A stretch of 60,359 nt of DNA, filler included, from Asterionella formosa (taxonomy: Eukaryota): the NCBI GenBank assembly GCA_002256025.1. It is 8 parts of 8 records of this genome, joined end to end, with 100 filler letters (N's around TTAATTAATTAA, not from the genome) between each part and the next. Parts side by side here need not be neighbours in the genome. Positions count along the whole stretch, not along the records: positions 1 to 7,476 come from NKIB01012441.1; positions 7,577 to 15,052 come from NKIB01012443.1; 6 more parts are not named here. One strand, given 5' to 3'. Below are positions 1 to 10,443 of the stretch, in pieces. Position 1 is the stretch's first letter, and every line of letters starts with the position of its first letter. A program made the position numbers and the translations under genes. The notes below the pieces were generated by a model. That model saw only the letters and a program-made list of their open reading frames with translations, was not told the origin of the DNA and searched no databases.

Positions 1-213
1 AATAGTGCATGTTTGTCTCAAGCAACAATGCCCAAAATGACGCCAGGTACAAAACATATAGCAGTGGCTTATCATTGGTTTCGAGAATATGTATCGTCGG
101 GAGACATTGAAGTCTTGAAAATTGATACTACGAAGCAACTTGCGGACATTTTCACAAAGGGCTTGGTAGCAGAAAGATTTACAGCAATACGCAAGCTGCT
201 GTGTGGTTGGTAA
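1..213 (+). mobile_element. Ty1/Copia retrotransposon pol, C-terminal RNase H fragment (5' truncated by the window edge)
   Basis: Translation TKHIAVAYHWFRE...IDTTKQLADIFTKGL matches the canonical Copia RNase H end (KHI.V.YH..RE; QLADIFTK). Stop at 211-213. Confidence 0.92.
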
Positions 214-241
214 GCAGCAGCTTTCTTCTGCTGAGAGGGAG

Positions 242-847
242 AGTTGAAACACGGAAGAATTCTTGATTCCTGATTCCCAGTTAGCTAGGTCTCCACTTTG
301 CGTGAAGACAACATTTCCCTACTAGTCGTTGTGTTTGATGGAACAACGCACAATTAAATACCACGTTTGATAACCTTCAGACATTTGATAAAGAACAATG
401 TTGAAGGGCGAATTCTATCAAGTTTTCCCTATGTTTACCAAACTAACTCTCCCTTGGTAAACCCTAAACTACAAAAGATGGGAGAGACAAATCAGTTCTG
501 TCTAAAGCATTGAAGAAGCAACAATCGAATCATCCTATTAAAGGATTGAGGAACAATCCAATCATCATATTGCAGATACCTGAAAAGTATCTCAGTAGAG
601 GAACATCTATGTCCTAGAATCTATCTAGGTTAGATGGATATATATGTTAAAAGGTAGAGGATGTAATCTACTTCGCTACAGCTGTAGGAACTACGAAGAA
701 CCTCGCCTCCAAGGAACAAAGAACAAATTCATTTCAGAAACATGTAGGAGTTGCCATGTTTCAATCAAAACTACATTTCAAAATTACATTTGGTTTAAGC
801 TCACCCTTCTAGAAAACACACAAGTGAAACTACTAAGATTGTCAACA
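242..847 (+). mobile_element. Putative 3' LTR of the Copia element
   Basis: A polypurine tract GAGAGGGAG (233-241) follows the pol stop. The segment starts aGTTGA (degenerate TGTTGA), ends TCAACA (842-847) and has a TATA-like TATATA near 640. Confidence 0.65.
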
Positions 848-1885
848 GAATATTAAAATCGTAAATTGTACTCCGTACTCATACTACTCACCGAGTTGAT
901 TTCTAACTCCGGTATTATGTTCAAGGAGCATGGTGATATGGTACATTACCTGTAACCTGGTACCCTGCTGGTACCCAGGTACCAGGTGTATACCAGGGGC
1001 AACTCACCACAAAGTAATAGGCGATAGAATACGAAAATGATCACGTTACTACGACATATAGCTGTGCAATTGATGCTTTTGCTTTGGCTGTTACTATCAC
1101 TCCAGCATATTATAGGCGATAGAATACGAAAATGATCACGTGATTGCGACAAATACCGCCCTTTGCAAATACTTTACCAGGAGGTACCAGGTGCCAGGTA
1201 CCTACCTGGTACCTGGTTCCTGCATCCACACACTGATATACTGGTTCATACATAGGAGCATCATTGGAAACACTGCACCTTTGGTTTCATTACCATAAGT
1301 TTAGGATTTTAAAAACGTAGGGAGAGAGGAAGAGAATCATGCAAGTAACATGGGTAGACCACATAAGGACTCCCCACAAATGCTCATACCACTGGACATT
1401 AATGTCCTTGACTCTGCCCATTGACCACCCACCATTTACACTAATAGAACCTGATGAAGTTCCCCCATAAAGGTAGCAGCCCCCCTTCCTTATACTGTGC
1501 ATGCTGATGTTGTTTGATTCAATACCTTATTCAAATAGCTGTCCTTTCTTGGCTTCTGCTTTAAAATAGATGAAAATCTCTCAATTTGATTGTGACCAGG
1601 GAATAAGCAACTATTTACTTTAGCAACATTATTAAATCTTCCCAAGTACCCACTCAATTGGATTTGTATAAATATGTCTGGGATATTTTGATTGAGTCCC
1701 TTTCTGATCTGTCTTGGTGTTTCTTGCCAAGTATTTACGCAGAGCATCATCAGTCCACTCCACATGTGACAAGCAGAGTTGGCTTGTGTTATTGACCCTG
1801 TAAATCAAATTCCAAGTAAAGGCCAGGAATAGGTGACCCCAAATGCCATCAACAGTTCCTAACTCAATGAACCACCAGCCAAGTA

Positions 1886-1948
1886 GGGGAATGGCTTAAT
1901 TGGTTAGCACACTTCATGAGGTAGCAGGTTCGATTCCTGCATTCTCGA
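1886..1948 (+). pseudogene. tRNA-like sequence (pseudo-tRNA or SINE head)
   Basis: A-box TGGCTTAATTGG, perfect T-arm GCAGG-TTCGATT-CCTGC and 3' ATTCTC complementary to 5' GGGAAT. The anticodon arm is too short for a normal tRNA. Confidence 0.55.
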
Positions 1949-2108
1949 CCTGTATTTCTTTTATGTAGTAGTCTCTAGGGTTCTGGGGATGAGTCTGACA
2001 AAGAAACAGGTACTGCTGTATCATACGGATGAATAAAACTGGTACTAATTGTTACCATTTAAGTGGGCACAACTGCGAATATTGGATAGCTTTAACATAC
2101 CATAAAAA

Positions 2109-2700
2109 TTATATTAACTTGAACTCAATGAACCAAGTACAAAGGAGGTGATATAGTTGATTGTTCATGGGGTACTTACCCTCAAAAAACTCTCCTAACC
2201 CATAATGATTCTCAACTGCAATAATCTGATAAAAACCATGCAAAAGGTTGCTAAGTTCCTGCTCAAAATCAACTGTGAAGCCTGTGCCAGTATGCATTCT
2301 GAATAAGTTGAATAGATCTGATTGCTTATTCCCATAGCAGCTCTTGGACAGCCGATCTTGTGTCGAAGAATGGCAAAGGCTCTGGAGATATACCAAATAC
2401 CCTGCTGGAGTGATTGCAGAGAGCATCATGATGGCTTCCGCTGCAGCATGCTGAATCAATTCAACTAAACCCGTTTCTAACTCGATTTTTTTCTTCCCTT
2501 GTACCTATGCCTGCTGCCTCCATCTTGGGAAGAATCATCTTGTTCTGGCATATGCTGTAAACCATCCTGGTTTTTGTTCAACACACTTCGAGCAAAAAGA
2601 GGCCAAACTGTCAGAAATGTATGCCCAGCATGTACCCTTGTCCATCATCATCTGCTCATTGAATTCCTGTAAAGGAATGCCATGAGGATGAAGAGGGACA
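2109..2700 (-). mobile_element. Degenerate Crypton-like (tyrosine recombinase) element remnant
   Basis: Broken frames read LSKSCYGNKQSDLFNLFR...LLHGFYQIIA...EGKYPMNNQLYHLLCTWF, resembling from memory the N-terminal part of stramenopile Crypton recombinases (EGK.PM...LY..LC). Catalytic residues not seen. Confidence 0.45.
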
Positions 2701-3002
2701 TCTGGCATCATGATGGTGAGCATGAGGGGAAGAGGATGCAACCAAGAATGTGCAAATGAGCAATAAATGTGATAATGAATGTGCACGCAAAAATTATAGT
2801 AGTTAATACTATAATTATTATGTTTACCTGACAATCGTCTGGTATAACACCGTGAAGGTGGTCTTCACTACACTTCAACTGAAAATCACTAGCTTCACCG
2901 TGTTAATCTTGCTGAACAACAGTTCGATCATTTTCTCAAATACCTGACGATTGTCTTGTGGAGGTACACAGAATCCTGGTACTTTGTCCGGTAGAACTGA
3001 AC

Positions 3003-3145
3003 TGATGTGATATTTATTGTCTACAGCATACCGGTGTATGCATTACCGGTATGTAAATGATCTACGACTAGTGGACTACTTAGACTAGCATAAACAACCC
3101 GGCATTTCAAATCTGTGGGTAAAATCGTCCACATTTTTCCGTCCA
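3003..3145 (+). repeat. Dispersed ~145-bp repeat, copy 1
   Basis: Close match to the reverse complement of 59645-59792 (e.g. GGACTACTTAGACTAGCATAAAC, CCCGGCATTTCAAATCTG). Confidence 0.9.
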
Positions 3146-3853
3146 GTTGAGGAAGGAAGGATTTTTAAATTGAGAGCACCACCAAGGAGAGTCCCAGTGG
3201 TTCAAACTGTGACACTAAAGAGCCCGGAGAATTCTCATTTTGATGTAGCAGGCAGTGGTCTGGGAGTTCGCTTATTGCTAGCCTTCCACGATGTTCCCGA
3301 CGATTCTAACTACAATACCCGTAGTACAATTCTCTTTTANNNNNNNNNNNNNNNNNNNNNNNNNNNNNNNNNNNNNNNNNNNNNNNNNNNNNNNNNNNNN
3401 NNNNNNNNNNNNNNNNNNNNNNNNNNNNNNNNNNNNNNNNNNNNNNNNNNNNNNNNNNNNNNTTTATCCGGGAAACTCATGGCAAGACGGTACATACATA
3501 GGGTACATGCTCCGCATTCATTTGAACATCATTTTTCAATCTTGTATGCTTCGCGTTATTACAGCATATTGGTCTTGTGGTACCTGGTACCAGGACCAGG
3601 TACCAGGTACCAGAAACATGCAAGTTACACCAAACAATGTACTAATGGTCTACTACCCCTACCGGTAGGTACGTAAAAGAAGGTATCGAACTCATGCATC
3701 CAATGTTGTACAGTACCAGGTACCAGGTACCTGGTACCTCGTATACCAGGTACACCACTGGTGCGAACAGTCCATGATTACAGAGTTGATGGGCTCTCAT
3801 TTTTCTCGACAAAATGGAACAATACACGGAAGCAAGTTTGACAAGCGGAAGCG

Positions 3854-5334
3854 ATGAAACTAACCTTTTTCAACAGACATTCTCAAGTGTTACCGGTCAA
3901 CAATAACGAAACCTTGAGCAGAAGTCCGCGCCACGGTGTTAATGAAAGCATTCAAGAACAATTTGAGACGAGGGGCGGGACGAACCCCTCTTTTCCCGTT
4001 CGAATTCGTCGACGAGTTAGCAGCCACTTTCAGCAATCAAAGCAAAGAGAACCCTCATCGCCTACGTCTTCTGCCGTTAACTTTGAAGAATCGCTTGACA
4101 CTAATCCAAAGCATGCTTCCATGCTTTCATGGAGATTTCTGATGGGACCCCATCACTTCGATTCGCCCTTACACCTTGACGATGTAATGGAAGCCCCACA
4201 AGAGGTTCTAGTCTACGATTTCAAGATTGGTCGGCTTCGCTCTCGAACACAACTTATTGTCCACTTTCTGATGGAATTGCATATGCTACGTCGAGATATT
4301 GGGATTATCGCGTTTGGCATTGTATGGCAATGGGTTCATTCAGTTTTTACCAATCTTGCCTACTATTATCATGCACAACTGACTGCTGCTCAACGGGTGC
4401 CTCTTCAAGATATTGCTTTCGGATTTTTACCCAAGCTTCAGGGTGGACTGTGGATGGCTTCTGAGTACCTCGTCTATTCTATGGTCGCGATTATTGTTCT
4501 TGCTATTCTTTCGATTTTGTTTATCAGTTACAGCGCTCCTCATGGTCGACCGCTATATTGTATTCCCATTCTTCGACGTATGCTTCTAACTTTGGTCTTT
4601 TGTCAAACCCTTCGGATTATTAGCTTCATGTGTACAACCTTGCCGGGGGCATCGAGACAATGTTTGTATGATATACAGCCCAATACCACTCTTACAGAAC
4701 TCATATATGGGCCGGCACCATTAAACGGCAATCCTGAACGATGGGAACCACCAGAAACGATTTCGGATATATTTTGGAGAGTTGATCCTACCAATGGATG
4801 TGGAGACTTAATGTTCTCCTCCCATACAATCTTTACCATGTTATTTGTTTGTGTTGTGTGGAAGTACTTTAATTGGAAGCCCTTGAAGGTGGTGATGGCT
4901 CTTTGCCAGGTGAGTACTACTCAACTTCTTAATGTTCTGTTCGTGAATTTCCATGCACTGCTTTCTTAATCTCATCACACATCTTCACTACTATTCAGAT
5001 TCTAATTGTTCCATTGATCCTGGCAGCACGCAAACACTATAGCGTTGATGTCTTCACAGCGCTGTATGTGACTCCATTGGTGTTTGATTTTCTTGTGCAC
5101 AAACTTCCCGACTTGGACTCAACATCAGAGACCATGGCAAATCATTATGGACTGGCTTTTCGAATCACAGACAAGGGGCATATGGTGTTTATGTGGGGAA
5201 ATGACTTTTCTGTTGACGATGGAGACATCCCGTTGGATTTGCAAACGAACCACAGTGGCGTGGGCTGTTATCGGGTTGGCAAGGTCTTGGAAGAGGACAA
5301 CCAAGGTGATCAGTTCGGCATATCAATCGTGTGA
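3854..5334 (+). CDS. Inositol phosphorylceramide synthase / sphingomyelin synthase family protein; exons 3854-4909 and 4999-5334 (~463 aa)
   Basis: Motifs TTLPG, CGDLMFSSH and ARKHYSVDV; several hydrophobic helices. GT-AG intron 4910-4998 joins the two ORFs in frame. Confidence 0.9.
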
Positions 5335-5491
5335 GATAGGTTTGGTTGTTAGTATTTATGTTACTGTGTCAAAAGTGATGATTGTCGGGAGTCTAGGGCG
5401 TCTGGATATCTATTTTACTTTCCAGAATGGAGTGCTAGTTGGTTGGAGAACAGAAGTAGTGCGGTGAATTTCAACTCCACACGAACTACCT

Positions 5492-6504
5492 TTAGATAAG
5501 TCCAATTGCCTTGAACTCTTGAATAGCAAGAATGTAGATTTGTACTAGCCAAGCCACTTGCAATACACTCAATCCCACAAGGCAGCCCATGAACAGCTTA
5601 ATCCATCCAGCTCTTCCAACCAGCTTGGTCGAGTCACCAGCTAACAAAACTCTGCAATCCTTGACGAAATAGTAGGACGCCACAGGCCACATGATGGTTC
5701 GACACAAGATGAAAAAGACAACAAAGACGACTCCGATGATCACCTTTGGGATGGGAAACGCCTCGCCCAACCCAATCACTCCATGTACTGGATCAAAGTT
5801 AGCCAATACACATAAGATTGCCGTCGATACTTCTGAGAATCCCAAGAAGAAGGGTCCGTAAAACTGTGCCACTCCAGGATGCAATGAACCCCAAGCGACC
5901 GACATGGAGAGGACATGATGAAAGATGAACTCTGGCCCGTCGTTCCAGACAATGGTATCATATAGATTCTTGATTTGATAAGCAAAAAAGAAAACACCAA
6001 TGCGAAAGGACTCTGGCTGATATGTGAACATTCTACCTTCGGCTCCAGCAGCAGGCATCGCTCCAGGTTTGCCAAAGGCGGCATCCACCAAATCCATAGC
6101 AAGATGGCGAGCCCTCCATCCCAGCGTGGCAACAACAAAGCAACTGAAGGTGTCGACTCCTAGATGACGTGACAAAATGTAGCGATTAATTTGTAGTTCA
6201 AAAAGCGGATGGAGGTGCTAATCGAATGAACGATTCATTTGTAGTTTACCAGTCGACGAAGATCCGAGTTAGCAAATAGACTTGTGTGACAAGGCGATCA
6301 TTCTGGCATTCATAATATGGCATTGCTCACCTTGATGTTAAAAAAGAATATTCGCATCAGCATTTCCGTGCCGATCAAGAAAGGGACAATCGCAGCGCAC
6401 GTTCCTAGTGTGGATGAAATGTTCGGCGTGGAGTCATTGGCCGACTTGAAATCCTTGATTCGTATCATTACAAGAGGGTGCTTGGCCGCATCGTTCTTTC
6501 CCAT
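5492..6504 (-). CDS. TLC (TRAM/LAG1/CLN8) domain membrane protein; exons 6504-6331 and 6217-5492 (~299 aa)
   Basis: FIFHH motif, EVSTAILC, FILCRTIMWP and LQVAWL are typical TLC features. Intron 6330-6218 (GTGAGC...TTAG) joins MGKNDAAKH...NIK to HLHPLF in frame. Confidence 0.85.
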
Positions 6505-7142
6505 GGTGCTGTTACGTTGCGGTTGCCTTTTAGGATGGATTATTGTGGATGTGATGAACGATCGAGGTTTTGCCGAGGACTTGGAGTGAAGTGAGAACTG
6601 GGTGTGGTGGTGTGATTGATGACGATGTTGCCACAATTATTCCCTGTCGTCTCTGCATTTGGTATCGATCCACCGGTATGTACATATACCGGTATATTTA
6701 TATCTATATCATAGCTATTACGCTCTTCTGAAGACTGCAGTACCTGGTACCGGTAGTACCCTGGTAGTATGTACGAGTACAAGACGACAAGGAATACTAC
6801 GGTCATGATATTAGCAAATCTATGTGGCTGTTGTGTTGGCGCGGTGTATATTTTAGCCTCAATGCATTCGTAAAACAATAAATACCCGGTAACATACTTA
6901 CCACCAGGGAACCAGGTACTGGTAGCGTTGTATGGAATATAACGACACCGGTATGCATGCATACACCGGTTTACATGCATATGTTATAAGAAAAGCTAAT
7001 ACGTACGCAGCAGAAGCGACGTATGCCATTCTTCTGGTTTGCTTGTTATCCTCACCAGCATACCAGCCATGCTCACCGTTAGGTTGTTGAATCATTTGTA
7101 CTCCTACACCTGATGGTATGGCTGGTACCTGGTACTTACTGA

Positions 7143-7329
7143 AGGTAATACACGACCGAGGGTCGAGACTGCCTGCGAGTATTCTTGTGTTCGGGACTTG
7201 GGAGGCGCGAGTAGGTTAACCGAACGAGTGGCGCCCCCGGCGCTGCGAGAAGGTCGACCTGCGAGGGCCTCCCAAGCCGAGTACACAAGATTACGATTAG
7301 GCAGACTCCTCCCGAGTAGGGTATTACCT
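7143..7329 (+). other. Long imperfect palindrome / rod-like fold-back
   Basis: Nested arms AGGTAATAC/GTATTACCT, GAGACTGCCT/AGGCAGACTC, TCTTGTGT/ACACAAGA, CTTGGGAGGC/GCCTCCCAAG, GTAGGTTAACC/GGTCGACCTGC and GTGGCGCC/GGCGCTGC. Confidence 0.85.
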
Positions 7330-7476
7330 AGGCAATTCACAAACTAGCTATCGGCACGCTTTTCGCCACTACATTGCCCTTTCAGTTAACAACATTGAAA
7401 ACCTATTTTAAATAGTTTGTACGTTGGATGCGAACTAGCCAATTGCCCATCATATAAAACATATTTTGGATATTTC

Positions 7477-7576
7477 NNNNNNNNNNNNNNNNNNNNNNNN
7501 NNNNNNNNNNNNNNNNNNNNTTAATTAATTAANNNNNNNNNNNNNNNNNNNNNNNNNNNNNNNNNNNNNNNNNNNN
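7477..7576. other. Artificial contig linker (also at 15053-15152, 22624-22723, 30186-30285, 37740-37839, 45287-45386, 52819-52918)
   Basis: Seven identical 100-nt blocks of 44 N + TTAATTAATTAA + 44 N. The 12-mer gives stops in all six frames. Confidence 0.97.
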
Positions 7577-8299
7577 CGTACGGATACCGGTATACGGGTA
7601 GGATCGGCCAACACCCAAGAAAATGCTTCATGTGTATCCAGTGTGGCCGGCGTGGGATTGCACGACCTCGCAAACCGTGCCAATCGAACGGATGTAAGGA
7701 TAACCAATCAGAATATGATTATTACAGCGGGCAATTACATTGGAACTTTTTGTACACGAGATTTTACGACTACAAATTTTAGCACAAGACTACCATTCCG
7801 ATGATGACGTTTCGGCGATTAGTGATTCTGATTCCGACGTTTGGGTGACCGTTGAAAAGGCCGATATTGTCGAATTTTTGGACGACGATAGCTCAACGTT
7901 GGCAGGGTTTGAAGAAGAGTTAAGTACATAGGTAATCTTCATATAGCCCCAGAAGTTAACTTTCGGCGAGAAACTGCAGAAAGGAACTTCGGTTTTTATA
8001 CTAGGCCAAATAAACGAGTTAGCCCGGTAAAATCCACTATTTTCAGCATAGTTAAAAAACCGAAGTTCCTTTCTGCAGTTTCTCGCCAGATCCTATATCC
8101 TGACGATATATAGCGTTGACCTATACCCCTACTTTGATAAATGACTGTATTTAAGCATGTGGAAAGGGTGTGTATTGGTGAAAGCTCCGTTTAGCGATAT
8201 ACATTTACGTTTTACTCGTAAGAAGTCTATGTTTGACTACTCTGACTTAATATTATTTTTTTAACCCTACCTCGAGCTAGGGGTTCAAATGCAGGAACC
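7577..8299 (+). mobile_element. Kolobok-type DNA transposon, 3' end fragment (copy A)
   Basis: Similar to about 24250-24930, strongly so over 7790-8299. Ends CTAGGGGTTCAAATGCAGGAACC followed by TTAA (8300-8303). Confidence 0.8.
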
Positions 8300-8819
8300 T
8301 TAATTAGGTATTATCGCCCAAAGGTTGCTGTTGACGTGAAATTGCGCAAATTGGATATTTTCACGTTTACTCGATTGAGCAAGCATCACCTTTTATATAC
8401 GTATGCAGCTATTAGAATATTCCTCCGCTATAAAACTAATTTAGTATCCTCTAAAATTTATTTAAAATGGCTACAATGTCATTGTGCTTTCGCTCGTGTG
8501 CCACAATAAAGAGATAAATTCAGTAATGGAAAACGTCAAATAGGAATTCCTGGCGCGCCCGAACTATGAGTACAAAAATTAAATGCAAACACAACAATCA
8601 CCCATCACAATACCAACATCATGACCTCGAAAGCGCCTCGACAAGGCAATGCCTTGCCTCGAAAGAAATTGTCTCCTGAAGAGTTGGTCAGTGTTCAGAT
8701 TTGTCTTAACAATGTAATTAGGGAGCTAGAAGCTTGGCCTAGATCTGTTTGCTGCTTGGGAAGGAGAAGATGAAAACAATCGTGGCAACAGCGGAAAGGG
8801 AAAATGATATCCACAAGGA

Positions 8820-9340
8820 ACAGTCTGTGATGTGGAAGGGAAACAGTTGCCTACATACTGCTGTGTGTCGGAAAACGGCTAAATCACTGCAGAGCTTCTG
8901 GTTGCCATGCTAAAGCACATGGATGACTCTGGCATCTTTCCTCAAAACAACAGGCCCCCACTATTCCTAATACTTGATGGACATGGGTCTCGATTTGATA
9001 TCTTGTTCCTTGAATACATAAACAACCCAGTACACAATTGAACAGTCTGTATTGGTGTTCCTTATGGTACAAGCCACTGGCAGGTTGGAGACAGTAGTGA
9101 GCAAAACGGTTGTTTCAAAATGAACATCACAAAAGCAAAACGCAAATTGCTCACCTTAAAAGCAATTCACAGGCAAGAGCTTACAATTAACAAGGTCGAC
9201 ATTGTTGGACTGGTGAATACGGTATGGGACAATTCGTTTGGAAATATTGCCACAAACAAGAAAGCAATTTATGAACAAGGATGGTATCCCCTGAACTATA
9301 ATGTCTTGCTTCACCCTGAGATTCAACTATCCCAACCACA
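8820..9340 (+). pseudogene. pogo/Tigger-like DDE_1 transposase remnant
   Basis: Frameshifted translation LFLILDGHGSRF...IGVPYGTSHWQVGDSSEQNGCFK...KKAIYEQGWYPLN, with in-frame stops. Confidence 0.75.
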
Positions 9341-9385
9341 ACAGAACATCAATGCGCCTACAGAGACTGCCACTCTCCCTATTCA

Positions 9386-10388
9386 TAACACACACTTTAG
9401 TAGCTAAGTAACTCCTGTAATGTACTACACAAGTCGACAGACCAGTGTACGTACACACATGCTAATCAGTTTGAGGCAACGGACAGTGGTTCCAACGAGC
9501 AAATGACAATACCACGGGAACCAATTTTTCCAGTGGCAAACCACAATGATGAAGGACACTTGTCCATCTATTGATGAGGATTACACGGGCACCGACTCTT
9601 CCAGGAGCAAACAACAATGAAGAGACCCACTTGTCATTCTATTGATGGTAACAAAGATGCAGACAAGTTTAACAGTGAATACAAGAACAACATACCAATG
9701 AAAACAAGTTGACAGTGTGTGTATGCACACGCTAAGCAGGTTTGAGGCAACGGACAGTTCCAACAAGCAAATGACAATACAGATATCAAATTTTCCTACG
9801 GCTAACCACAATGATAATGATGAAGGACATTCGTCCCTCTATTGTTGATGATACCGATACCGGGCGGGTTTTCCATGAGCAAACAACAATGAAGAGAGCC
9901 ACTTGCTTTCGCTCTATTGATGGTATCAAAGATGCGGACAAATTCAATAGTAGATACAAGTGAAGCATGAGAAATGCGGAAACGAGTGATATAAAAAAGA
10001 AATTGTAATCAGAATCTTTCTATAACTACTTTGTGGATAGCAGTCTGTTACATTTTCGTATCTCCTTCTATGCTGAATCTCAATAGTAGATGTAGTATCA
10101 TGTGAGAATTGAAAATGTCAACAAGAACAAGTAGAATGTGTTTGTTTGCAAGTTGGTTTGCAAGATTGTCATGCTGGTGGTCGACGAAACAGATTTACTA
10201 TTTGCGCTGTGTGCGGAACCATTCCAAGTTCGAATGATTTCTTCTCTGTAAACTCTTAATTGAATGATTATGAACATAGGTTCACTGCACATGACGATTA
10301 CACAAAAATATAATGATCAATTGACCAACAATTGAAGACATTTCCGCAAACATCGAAAACAATCATTCCACTTGTCGTCGCTAGTATT
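9386..10388 (+). repeat. ~1-kb dispersed repeat, copy 1, with an internal ~265-bp tandem duplication
   Basis: Collinear with 40220-41139. The unit TTTGAGGCAACGGACAGT...ACAACAATGAAGAGA occurs twice (about 9455 and 9725). Confidence 0.85.
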
Positions 10389-10443
10389 TCGTTGTTGTTG
10401 CAAAAATCGGAGTGATGACGGATGGAAATGACGAGCCAAATTG

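Noticed and set aside
1017..1141. CRISPR-like repeat-spacer unit
   Set aside because: Only two repeats, eukaryotic context and no cas genes.
1945..2012. Hammerhead ribozyme (GATGAGTC...GAAACAGGT)
   Set aside because: The CUGANGA core is incomplete and stems I and II are not convincing; a simple hairpin explains the pairing.
7521..7532. Recurring TTAATTAATTAA as a biological repeat or Kolobok target site
   Set aside because: Always centred in exactly 88 N; it is a synthetic all-frame-stop linker.
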